Of a stretch of 64,000 bases of DNA, positions 29,772-39,003 are shown in pieces. The notes below the pieces were generated by a model. It was not told the DNA's origin. It made no database searches and was given only the letters and a program-made list of their open reading frames with translations. This DNA comes from Candidatus Cloacimonadales bacterium (lineage in GTDB: Bacteria; Cloacimonadota; Cloacimonadia; Cloacimonadales; JAFGVF01), in assembly GCA_963677495.2 (NCBI GenBank), contig CAXXOU010000004.1, positions 512,001 through 576,000 of the forward strand. Direction: 5' to 3'. The position numbers were made by a program, and so were the translations under genes. Every line of letters begins with the position of its first letter. The stretch's first letter is position 1.

Positions 29772-29969
29772 ATGGAAAAGAAAGAAAAAGTAAAGGATTT
29801 ATGGCAAAGAACTAATGGGAAGTGCCAAATTTGCGGGGCTGAATTAGTCTGGGAACAAAGAGATTGTACTAGATATGTAGGTGGATGGACAGTGTTACGT
29901 CCAGAAGAGAACGGTGAAGATAAGGAGATTATCTGTTGTTGTGTATGTGAAAAGATAAGAAATCGATAG
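29772..29969 (+). CDS. Small Cys-rich protein (degenerate HNH-like zinc ribbon)
   Basis: AGGAG RBS; GKCQICG...GGW...CCCVC. Confidence 0.65.
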   Translation: MEKKEKVKDLWQRTNGKCQICGAELVWEQRDCTRYVGGWTVLRPEENGEDKEIICCCVCEKIRNR

Positions 29970-29974
29970 AAACC

Positions 29975-30760
29975 TTATCTTTTTTCTGCTACAACTATAA
30001 GCCCATTGCCGATCTTGTTGTTGGAATTCATGTCCAACTTCATAAACAGATACACAAGCGGATATGTTATCAGCATCCAGATTGAAGCACAAATCATCCC
30101 AAGAATACCCTTCCCGGCCATTGAAATAGGTTTCTTCATTCCCATAATCCAAGCCTTTTTACCCCATTTACCATAACTGTAATATGATTCCAATATACTA
30201 AATCCTGCTGTTGTGACCTTATTTTCCAACTCATCTTTTGCATATCCCGGTCTCACATGCTCTTCCGTGAAGGCCGCAGCCTCATCGAAATTGCTGGGGC
30301 TTGAGATAATTAGCCTACTACCTTTATTCATACTCTGAAAGAAATTAGCTAATACTGCTCTATCATCTTCAATATGCTCAAGAATATCTATTGCAATGGC
30401 TAAATCATACTTATCATTAGAGATGTAGTTCTGAAGGTCTGCTTGTTCAACAATAAACTTCCCTTTATGATTGTTCTCCGCATAAAACTTAAATGACTCA
30501 ACATAGTCAGTTTTTATGTCGACTGCTAGAACATTTGAGTTAGGATATCTCTTAAGTACATAGTCTGAATATTGACAGAATCCGGCACCGGCGTCATAAA
30601 AATTTATGCTTGTTCCAACAGGATAAAGCTTAGATATCTCTTTTTTTACATACTTCTGTCTTAATAGAATCAAATCCAAAAAGAGATAGAACACTTTTCG
30701 TGTAGTTGGAAAGAGTTCTATAATTCGGGCAAACTTATCTTTAACTATATCATATTTCAT
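29975..30760 (-). CDS. Class I SAM-dependent methyltransferase
   Basis: YDAGAGF, IDILEHIEDD and HVRPGY. Confidence 0.85.
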   Translation of the reverse strand: MKYDIVKDKFARIIELFPTTRKVFYLFLDLILLRQKYVKKEISKLYPVGTSINFYDAGAGFCQYSDYVLKRYPNSNVLAVDIKTDYVESFKFYAENNHKGKFIVEQADLQNYISNDKYDLAIAIDILEHIEDDRAVLANFFQSMNKGSRLIISSPSNFDEAAAFTEEHVRPGYAKDELENKVTTAGFSILESYYSYGKWGKKAWIMGMKKPISMAGKGILGMICASIWMLITYPLVYLFMKLDMNSNNKIGNGLIVVAEKR

Positions 30761-30858
30761 TATTAAACCTCCACTCTGACAGTTCCAAATAAAGATTGAC
30801 TTCCTAAATGTAAATATTTTTTATGAATAATAGAGAAAAAGTATATAAAAGGGGCGTA

Positions 30859-31704
30859 ATGAATCGCATAGACCTACATATTCATACCAACGAATCTGAT
30901 GGCTGTCATACACCTGTAGAGATAATCCAGATGGCAAAGAACGCACAATTGGATATCATTTCGATAGCTGATCATGATACGGTGGAAGGTTACAAAAAGG
31001 CTAAGTATCTTGCTGAACGTTATGGGATCGATTTACTAATTGGGGCAGAGATGTCCTGTCGACTAAATAACTCAGATGTACATATACTAGCTTACGAATT
31101 TGATTATGAGTACTCTGAGATTAAAGAAGCTATGGAGTTCCTTTTCCATGGAAGAGTGATCAGAGCAAAAAAGATTATTGATGAACTTAAGAAGTTTGAC
31201 ATTCACATTGACTATGATGCTGTAACAGAACTCGCAGGACAAAAAGGCCTTATCGGAAGACCGCATATTGGACGCGCAGTTGTGAATGCAGGTTATTGTA
31301 CCAACTTGCAGATGGTGTTTGATAAGTTCATTGGTGAAGGTAAACCTGCCTTTATCCCTAAACCTGAGCTTACTCCAAGAGAGATGATAGATATAATTCA
31401 CAACGCTAGTGGTTATGCTGTTTTAGCACATCCGGGTAAACTTAGAGATCAATCACTAGTTAAACATATTATCCAGGATGGAATTGATGGCTTAGAAGTT
31501 TTTTATCCTGCTCACAACTTAGGACAAACAGATACATACTTACAGTTCTGCCTTAATCACAATATCATCCCAACATGTGGCTCTGATTACCACGGGAAAG
31601 ATATTAGTAGTATCGAGTTAGGTAACTTTACCGGGCCTGAAATGGTGAATGGTTACATTAAGAATATGAGAAGGCAAACAAGGGAAAATACTGATAATGA
31701 ATAA
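30859..31704 (+). CDS. PHP-domain metallophosphoesterase (TrpH/YciV-like)
   Basis: DLHIHTNESDG, IADHD, GRPHI, LAHP and GSDYHG. Confidence 0.92.
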   Translation: MNRIDLHIHTNESDGCHTPVEIIQMAKNAQLDIISIADHDTVEGYKKAKYLAERYGIDLLIGAEMSCRLNNSDVHILAYEFDYEYSEIKEAMEFLFHGRVIRAKKIIDELKKFDIHIDYDAVTELAGQKGLIGRPHIGRAVVNAGYCTNLQMVFDKFIGEGKPAFIPKPELTPREMIDIIHNASGYAVLAHPGKLRDQSLVKHIIQDGIDGLEVFYPAHNLGQTDTYLQFCLNHNIIPTCGSDYHGKDISSIELGNFTGPEMVNGYIKNMRRQTRENTDNE

Positions 31705-32191
31705 TATACCTGAGAATAAGATGACATTGCCACAGAAGATTAGATTCAATGTGTTCGCCAGATATTTCACTATTTTCATGGCTTTACTTGCTACTTTTTA
31801 TGCTGTATATGTAATGTTTTTTAGAATTACATCTGAGAGTTCAGCTCTGTTTAAAGCTATACCAATAATTATTACTTTTTTAGCACTTGATTCGCTTATG
31901 CGAAACTGCATGAACTTAAACACAGTATATTTAACTGAAGACTTTATTGAGTTCGGCTTCCTTTTAAAACCAAACAAGCGTGTAAAATGGGAAGATATTA
32001 CGAAAGTTGAAATGACTAAAACGAAGAAACGGATGATTAGATATATCTATACTGATGAGACAGGTAAAGATAAGATTTTAGCAGTTACTCTTAGTTTCCC
32101 TCACATGTTGGCAATTCTTAATACTGTAGCAGATAAAGCAGTAAATGCTGAGTTTGATGAATTCTTGAAGAGTGTGCTTATTACTAAGTAA
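31697..32191 (+). CDS. Hypothetical membrane protein
   Basis: Two N-terminal TMs plus a soluble PH-like tail; overlaps the PHP gene. Confidence 0.65.
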   Translation: MNNIPENKMTLPQKIRFNVFARYFTIFMALLATFYAVYVMFFRITSESSALFKAIPIIITFLALDSLMRNCMNLNTVYLTEDFIEFGFLLKPNKRVKWEDITKVEMTKTKKRMIRYIYTDETGKDKILAVTLSFPHMLAILNTVADKAVNAEFDEFLKSVLITK

Positions 32192-32223
32192 TTTTTACCA
32201 ATTGCAGTCAAGGGGGAGGAGTA

Positions 32224-35112
32224 ATGCGAAAAGTTCTTATAATCTTGATTATTACATTAACATTTGTAGGAGCCTTTTGTAAAGGTTTTGTAGTTCTTGA
32301 GAATTTTGATGATAACAGTAATGATTGGGCAAACAATTATGATGATGAGAACAAATATCTAAATATCTCCAATGGGTATTATTACTTTGAGCACAAACGT
32401 GATTCTCAAGGTTGGACCACATCATTACCTTTCTCATTCGATACATCCGGTGATTTCATGATAGATACATCAATTAGGAAAGTCTCCGGAGTAAACAATA
32501 ACGGATATGGTATTCTTTGGGGAAGAAAGGATAGTGACAATGAGTTTAGTTTTGTTATATCAGGTGATGGTCACTTTAAACTATCAAAAGATGAAAAAGG
32601 TGACACACACTACTACTACAAATGGACTAAATCTGAACATATCAATCAGGGGAATGATTCAATAAATCGACTGTCAATAATGAAATGGGGAGCTTCAATC
32701 TATTGTTATATCAACGAAGTAATTGTTGCTTCTATACCATTTGAGGGTTTCTTTGGAACGAAAGCCGGTTTCACCATCTTCGATGCTCAAAAGATCGCTG
32801 TGGATGATTTCAAAATCTATCAGTATGATACAGAACAAGACTTAAGCTTTAAACAAATAGTATTTGAAGATTTTCAAGATAACTCTCGTGATTGGGCTAA
32901 TAATTATAATGACTCAAACAAGACTCTTCAAATAGAAGATGGTAAGTACTACTTCGAACATAAGAGAGAATCAAAGGGTTGGACTTCTACTCTTGAGTTT
33001 GATTTAGATTACAAGAAAGATTTCTTTATTGAGACATATATCAACAAAATTTCAGGAATTCAAAACAATGGAGTTGGGTTGATCTTTGGTAGAGAAGATT
33101 CAGATAATGAAATGAGTTTCTTCTATGATGGACAGGGTTACTTCATGGTCAAAGAGGAAAGAAATAGCAATGTATATGATCATGTGAAATGGACGAAACA
33201 TGCAAGCATAAAAGAAGGAAATGGGGCACTTAATAAACTTGCTGTTAGTAGGCAGAATAATGACTATAACTTCTATATAAATGACCAAAAGGTTCATTCA
33301 ATGCCTGCTGATTTACCTCCGGGTAAGAGGATAGGATTCATTGTCTATAACAATCAGAAGATTGCGATTGAGAACCTGTACATGCGCTATTTATTAGATG
33401 GTGAAGGATATCCTATACAAAAACATTATTCTGATACAAGAAGCGATATTCTTACTCATCAAAAAACAAAATCAAGGAATGTTCAAAAGTTTCCACCGGA
33501 TTTATATATAGAAAACCTTAGATTTGTTGAAGGTTCAGGTAATAATGCTCTAGATGGACTGGAAACCGGATACATTACTTTTGATTTAAACAATAGAGGT
33601 AGAGGAGATGCATTTAGTATTGAGGTTGATCTTACTGCTGTAACATCCTCTGAAAATGTTAGCTTCCAGGCAAAAACAGTTGTTTCTAGTATAGAAAGTA
33701 AAACACGTAACAATGTATCAATTCCTGTCTCTGCAGATATAGCAGTAGAGAATCAGACTCGTGAGTTCAGAATTGAAGTATCAGAACAGAATGGTTTTGA
33801 TACAGATCCAGCAACGATTAGCTTTGAAACCCTTGCGTTTGCCAGTCCTGATTTAAGAATTGAGCAAGTCGCTATTGATGATAATGAAGATGCAGAAGGT
33901 GAGGGTGATTCTTACGGAAATGGTAACTCAATTATCGAGCCTAATGAATCAATTGAAGTAACTGCATATGTACAAAACTTCGGTGATGGTGATGCAAGCC
34001 AGGTACAGGCCAAAGTTAAGTTAAATACTAAGAACAGAGATATCACCTATCCGGATGAAGGACATATTTATGATCTTAGTACCATCACGAGCGGAGATTA
34101 TACTAAGGTTAAATTCTATTTCTATACTTCCAGAAGATACAAGGAAAGCAAGATACCATTCTCTATTCTTTTAACAGAAGCCACAGGTAATTTCACTAAA
34201 GAGATTGATTTGAATCTTAAACTTGGAGAGAGAACTAAAAATGTGGTTGATGTGCAGGTTAGCAAGATTCATCACAACAAGAGAAAAGAGATGAAGAGCA
34301 TTGAGAATGTCTTTACTCAATCAGATGTAGATCAGAATATCCCGGTTATCAACTCAGATGGAAGTAATACGCTTGCGATTATTCTTGGTATTGAAGAATA
34401 TAAATATGCTCCCAAAGTAGATTTTGCAGCTAATGATGCCAGGTCATTCTATAAATATTGTAAAAGTATGTTCGGTATCCCTGAATCAAACATATACCTT
34501 AAGATTAATGATGGAGCTACTGCCGGTGAGTTTAGAAAGATATTTGCTGAAGATGGCTGGATTGCAAGAAGGATTCAGAACGAAGAGACTAAAGTCCTAA
34601 TCTACTATTCCGGGCACGGTGCACCTGATTTAAAATCTAAGAAAGGATACTTAATTCCTCATGATATTGACCCGAATTATGCAAGTACAGGTGTGAGTCT
34701 TGATGATATTTACTCATCACTTGCTAAGTTGGAAGCTGGTGAAATTACTCTATTTCTTGATGCATGTTTCTCAGGTGAAAGCAGATCACACGAGATGCTT
34801 GTTGCCGGTATTAGACCAATATCAATAAAAGTCAAAAACCCAATACTTACTTCTACGAATTTGTCTGTTTTTACAGCCTCAACAGGTGATCAATACAGTA
34901 CATCTTATCCAGTTAAGCAACATGGTTTGTTTACTTATTTCCTCCTTAAAGGACTTAAGGGAGACGCTAAAGGCAATGATTCACGAATTGAATTGAATGA
35001 ACTACATGACTATTTGAGCAGTAATGTTTCAAGAACTGCCGGATATTTAGATAAAGAGCAAAATCCTACTTTCATAGGTAGTAATCCCGATAAAACTATC
35101 ATTAAGTTCTAG
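32224..35112 (+). CDS. Secreted multidomain caspase-family (peptidase C14) protein
   Basis: Signal peptide, two tandem ~185-aa beta-sandwich repeats, Ig-like middle region, catalytic YYSGHG and FLDACFSG. Confidence 0.85.
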   Translation: MRKVLIILIITLTFVGAFCKGFVVLENFDDNSNDWANNYDDENKYLNISNGYYYFEHKRDSQGWTTSLPFSFDTSGDFMIDTSIRKVSGVNNNGYGILWGRKDSDNEFSFVISGDGHFKLSKDEKGDTHYYYKWTKSEHINQGNDSINRLSIMKWGASIYCYINEVIVASIPFEGFFGTKAGFTIFDAQKIAVDDFKIYQYDTEQDLSFKQIVFEDFQDNSRDWANNYNDSNKTLQIEDGKYYFEHKRESKGWTSTLEFDLDYKKDFFIETYINKISGIQNNGVGLIFGREDSDNEMSFFYDGQGYFMVKEERNSNVYDHVKWTKHASIKEGNGALNKLAVSRQNNDYNFYINDQKVHSMPADLPPGKRIGFIVYNNQKIAIENLYMRYLLDGEGYPIQKHYSDTRSDILTHQKTKSRNVQKFPPDLYIENLRFVEGSGNNALDGLETGYITFDLNNRGRGDAFSIEVDLTAVTSSENVSFQAKTVVSSIESKTRNNVSIPVSADIAVENQTREFRIEVSEQNGFDTDPATISFETLAFASPDLRIEQVAIDDNEDAEGEGDSYGNGNSIIEPNESIEVTAYVQNFGDGDASQVQAKVKLNTKNRDITYPDEGHIYDLSTITSGDYTKVKFYFYTSRRYKESKIPFSILLTEATGNFTKEIDLNLKLGERTKNVVDVQVSKIHHNKRKEMKSIENVFTQSDVDQNIPVINSDGSNTLAIILGIEEYKYAPKVDFAANDARSFYKYCKSMFGIPESNIYLKINDGATAGEFRKIFAEDGWIARRIQNEETKVLIYYSGHGAPDLKSKKGYLIPHDIDPNYASTGVSLDDIYSSLAKLEAGEITLFLDACFSGESRSHEMLVAGIRPISIKVKNPILTSTNLSVFTASTGDQYSTSYPVKQHGLFTYFLLKGLKGDAKGNDSRIELNELHDYLSSNVSRTAGYLDKEQNPTFIGSNPDKTIIKF

Positions 35113-35118
35113 GTAGTT

Positions 35119-36015
35119 ATGAGAATTATATTATTACTGGTTCTAGTTTTAACATGCTTGCATTCTTTTGTTTTTGCAAAGGAGCCACATAACCAAGCAA
35201 CAAATGTACAGATTGTGCGCACTCCATCAGAACCTGAAGTGGAAAGAGTTAATAAAGGTTGGGTGATTGCCAGAGGGCGTGTAGTTATTGCGAACATTAC
35301 CCCTACTGAGGCGAAGAGGAAAGCTGTTAAAGATGCAGAACGTAAAGCTGTTGAGTTTGTTAGTGGAGTAGAAGTAAAAACCAATTCTGTTGATTTAAGT
35401 GCATCTAATGGTAATGAAATACTCTTAGATAGTTTCTTTGAAATGACTGAGTTAACTACATCAGGATTTGTTCTGGAGAAGGAGATTTTAGTAGATAAGG
35501 TAATCTCTGAAAACAATGTCTTGGTTCAATATATTGAGTTAAAAGTTAAGGTCGGTAAGCAAAAAGGTGTTAAAGATCCATCTTTCGTTTTACACGCAGA
35601 GTTGAATAAAGACTATCTGAAAGAGGGAGAAGAGCTAGAGCTTATGGTTAATAGCACAAAAGATTGCTATTTAACGATACTTAATGTTTGCTCAAATGAC
35701 TCAGTATATGTAATTTTCCCTAACACATACAGAGATGATAATAAAGTCAATGCCGGTGAACCTTTCTATCTCCCTAATGCTGAGGACAGAGCTATCAGTC
35801 TCATCTTCCCAGTTTATCTATTACCAGGTAAAACGAGTGATGTTGAGATACTTAAAATTATTGCTACTAAAAATAAGATAGATTTTACAAGCTCATCTGA
35901 TTTCACAGCGTATGGAACCCATAAGGCTGCACTTACCGATTTGAGGAGATGGATGCTTAAAATTCCACGTGATCAAATCGCAGAATCAGCTCTTCAATAC
36001 CATATAAGAAAATAA
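35119..36015 (+). CDS. Secreted DUF4384-like domain protein
   Basis: Signal peptide; GEELELMVNSTKDCYLTILNV...VIFPN pattern. Confidence 0.7.
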   Translation: MRIILLLVLVLTCLHSFVFAKEPHNQATNVQIVRTPSEPEVERVNKGWVIARGRVVIANITPTEAKRKAVKDAERKAVEFVSGVEVKTNSVDLSASNGNEILLDSFFEMTELTTSGFVLEKEILVDKVISENNVLVQYIELKVKVGKQKGVKDPSFVLHAELNKDYLKEGEELELMVNSTKDCYLTILNVCSNDSVYVIFPNTYRDDNKVNAGEPFYLPNAEDRAISLIFPVYLLPGKTSDVEILKIIATKNKIDFTSSSDFTAYGTHKAALTDLRRWMLKIPRDQIAESALQYHIRK

Positions 36016-36259
36016 AACAGACAACTAATAGCACAAATATTACCCTCTCAGTATATTTTATTATAAATGTAGTCTATGGCCACTAAACCCCTATTATAAG
36101 AGGCATTGAAACTACTAGTACTCTTCATCAATATCCCATCATAGGAAAAAACTTCTTGACTGCTCCCGTAATTATATAAAAAGTAACTCATAGTGTAATG
36201 GTGATACCTTGGAGTGAGTAAAACCATTATCTAAGAATAAACTTTTTATAGGAGAAAAT

Positions 36260-36925
36260 ATGGGACGACAGGAAGAGATGAGAAAAATGCGTCAGAACTA
36301 TATTGTTGAACAAGCTGAGAAGCTGTTCAAGGAAAAGGGATATGAGAGAGTTACAATGGACGATATTGCTAAGAGTTGTGAGTATACAAAAAGAACTATT
36401 TATCAATACATTACTTCAAAAGAGGAGCTATATGTTTTGGTTTACATAAAAGGCATGAAAATGCGCCTTGAGTTTCTTCAGGCAGCAATCGACAAAGAGA
36501 AGCAGGGATTCTGTAAATTAAAGGAATTGGCTTATGCTTACTATGCTTTTTATAAAAATCATCCATATGTATTAAAGCATCAATTGCTTGGTGATGTTGG
36601 AATTATCGTTGAAGCCAATGTAGAGGACGAGATAGCGGATGAGCTTAATTCATTGAATGTACATGGTGTAGATATGGTTAGGGATATAGTTAAACTTGGA
36701 ATCGAAGATAAAACACTCAATCCTGATTTGGATTGGAATCTTTGGTACAGCTTCCTTCTCTATTCTATCAGAATGAATGTAAGTAGAGTTCTTAGTGGTT
36801 ACGTAAGACTCCTTGATAGTGATGAAATTACCCAAGATGTGGATGGTTGGTATAGATATAACATCAATATATTGCTTAAGCAATGTGCAGCATCAGATAG
36901 GCAGAAGTGTTTGTCTGAGGAGTAG
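36260..36925 (+). CDS. TetR/AcrR family transcriptional regulator
   Basis: AEKLFKEKGYERVTMDDIAKSCEYTKRTIYQYITSKEEL HTH. Confidence 0.92.
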   Translation: MGRQEEMRKMRQNYIVEQAEKLFKEKGYERVTMDDIAKSCEYTKRTIYQYITSKEELYVLVYIKGMKMRLEFLQAAIDKEKQGFCKLKELAYAYYAFYKNHPYVLKHQLLGDVGIIVEANVEDEIADELNSLNVHGVDMVRDIVKLGIEDKTLNPDLDWNLWYSFLLYSIRMNVSRVLSGYVRLLDSDEITQDVDGWYRYNINILLKQCAASDRQKCLSEE

Positions 36926-36936
36926 TTTGTAATTAA

Positions 36937-37488
36937 ATGAATAGATTGATCATAATAATTATAAAGTTTCTTCATAATCTTGGATTGAGTATTAGGTGGA
37001 ACACTCCTTATATATCTCAAGTAAAAGCTTATCAGGTAAGCAATGGTAAGCACAATTTCACCGATATATTGATTCAAAGATTAACCTCTAAAGGTAGTGG
37101 AAAACAAGCGTCGTTAGTGAGTAGAGGATCTTTTACCGGTTGGGAATTTAAACAAGGCCTAAATCCGGAAAAATTGGGGAGAGCATCAACCGGGAAAGCC
37201 GTAACTTGGTTGAATGCTGGAAACGTGATTTCCGGGAGATTCCCTTTTGTTTTCGAAAACGCTTCTGACGGCGTTGTTTTTCACATAGTTTTAAATAATA
37301 CGAATAACATAACAACAAAAGACGGGGAGCTATCGTCAGAAATAGCTTCAAATAGTTCTAAAGCTGAAGGATTAACCTCCCAAAAGCCAATCTCGTACAG
37401 AGGTGGTTTTTTGCATAATCTTCTTCATAATTCCTTCTCAACTTTCAGGAATAACGGCATTCTAACGGCTATGCTTCCCGTTGCTTAA
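36937..37488 (+). CDS. Hypothetical protein, no recognisable family
   Basis: 183-aa ORF that exactly fills the gap between the TetR and methyltransferase genes; no motif recognised. Confidence 0.45.
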   Translation: MNRLIIIIIKFLHNLGLSIRWNTPYISQVKAYQVSNGKHNFTDILIQRLTSKGSGKQASLVSRGSFTGWEFKQGLNPEKLGRASTGKAVTWLNAGNVISGRFPFVFENASDGVVFHIVLNNTNNITTKDGELSSEIASNSSKAEGLTSQKPISYRGGFLHNLLHNSFSTFRNNGILTAMLPVA

Positions 37489-37502
37489 TTTTTGGAGTCT
37501 AA

Positions 37503-38234
37503 ATGGTAGAGACAAATGAATCAGTAATCAACGCTTTCTTCGAGAAACTAAAAGAGATTGAAATCAGCAACGGTCTGGATATTGCCACAGGTAAAGGTGA
37601 GTTTATTGCTTTTGCACATGATATCTTTGGCAAGATAGAGATGTTTACAGGTATAGATACACATCCTCGCATCCTTGAAATGGCACAAAAGGCTTTTCCT
37701 GATTACACTTTCAAACAGATGAATGCTTATCAAATCGATTATCCTGACTCAAACTTTGATTTCGTTAGTATATCGAACTCACTTCATCATCTTAAGGATC
37801 CAATCAAGGCATTATATGAGATGACTCGTGTTCTAAAACCGGGAGGTTATCTCGTCATCAGAGAGATGCTGGCAGATGATTGCCAAAGTGAAGCACAAAA
37901 GAGTCATGTACTCATCCATCATTTTTCAGCCGAGATTGATGAGATGATGGGTAGATACCATAAAACAACATTTACGGGAGAAGAGGTTGAAGATTTTGAA
38001 GCAAAGTTGCAATTGTCATCCTCAAAGTCTATTAATTATGATTACCCAATGAGTGCTGAAGCTATTAAAAAGAATAGTGAACGCTATGCTCTCATAGTTG
38101 ATGCTATTCTGAAGCCTATTAGCGAAACTGATAACTTTGATGAATACAAACAGAAAGGTGAAGCAATCAAAGAGCATATCCTAAAACATGGTTTTGCTCC
38201 CGCTAGAGCCCATCTGTTTGTTGGTATAAAATAA
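37503..38234 (+). CDS. Class I SAM-dependent methyltransferase
   Basis: GLDIATGKG, NSLHH and RVLKPGG. Confidence 0.88.
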   Translation: MVETNESVINAFFEKLKEIEISNGLDIATGKGEFIAFAHDIFGKIEMFTGIDTHPRILEMAQKAFPDYTFKQMNAYQIDYPDSNFDFVSISNSLHHLKDPIKALYEMTRVLKPGGYLVIREMLADDCQSEAQKSHVLIHHFSAEIDEMMGRYHKTTFTGEEVEDFEAKLQLSSSKSINYDYPMSAEAIKKNSERYALIVDAILKPISETDNFDEYKQKGEAIKEHILKHGFAPARAHLFVGIK

Positions 38235-38322
38235 TCTCGTCCCGGGTAGCTCCGTTTTTTTCACTCCATGTTTGCGGGGCTACCTTTCCATAGAACTGGT
38301 TGTGTCCATAGGACACTTATAT

Positions 38323-38359
38323 AAAAGCAACTCAGGTTTTTGGCTTGGGTTGCTTTTTT
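38323..38359 (+). terminator. Intrinsic terminator
   Basis: AAAAGCAACTCAGG-loop-CTTGGGTTGCTTTTTTT. Confidence 0.75.
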
Positions 38360-38370
38360 CATGTAATAAA

Positions 38371-38963
38371 CATTTGTAATCACTTACAACGTTGGACTCA
38401 TAGCGTTGTAGTTTTAGCCCTTTTCGCTATTCGCCTATTTCCCTTTGGTCGCTTTTGTTACAGCTTTTGAATAGCATACACAGTGAGATTTGCAATAACT
38501 TAGCTACATTTACTGCCCCTTTTACTCCCTTTAACTACTCTGTTCACCAACGCACTGTACACGCACTGTGTACCCACTGTGAAGGCACTGCCAACCCACT
38601 GTTTCACTGGGTGCACAGTGCGTGCACAGTGGGGAAACAGTGGGATGACTGTGTTTTGCTTCATGGATTGATTCAAATGAGTAGATGCATTAGTAATATA
38701 GGCATTTGTATTCGATTAAGAACAAGAGAATTTCTGACAAGGGCTGACAGGGACAAACAGTTTTAAGGGAAAAAGTGCTCTTAGTCTTTGTCGGTCTCTG
38801 TATGTCCTTGAAAGTCCATGATGCTCTTACTGAAAATCACGAACGGCTCAATATGCTAGCTTTTGAATTCCCAATCTGAGTCGAACTGGGTCCACACTTT
38901 CTTTGTGGTTTAACTCCAAGATTTTATGACATGACAAACCGACACAGGCAGTTAAATCCATAT
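38371..38963 (+). repeat. Modular intergenic repeat, locus 2 (partial anchor-A-anchor-C...E)
   Basis: Module A at 38387-38474, anchor at 38475-38502, module C at 38503-38653 and module E at 38926-38963; all are shared with 54878-55511 on the reverse strand. Confidence 0.9.
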
Positions 38964-39003
38964 TACAACTATTCCAGAGATAGCTGGTAACTTGTACTTT
39001 TTG

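Noticed and set aside
36799..37351. Alternative minus-strand gene under the orphan ORF (36799-37077, 37148-37351)
   Set aside because: Fragments are short and separated by stops, and one overlaps the TetR gene; no continuous frame is recoverable.
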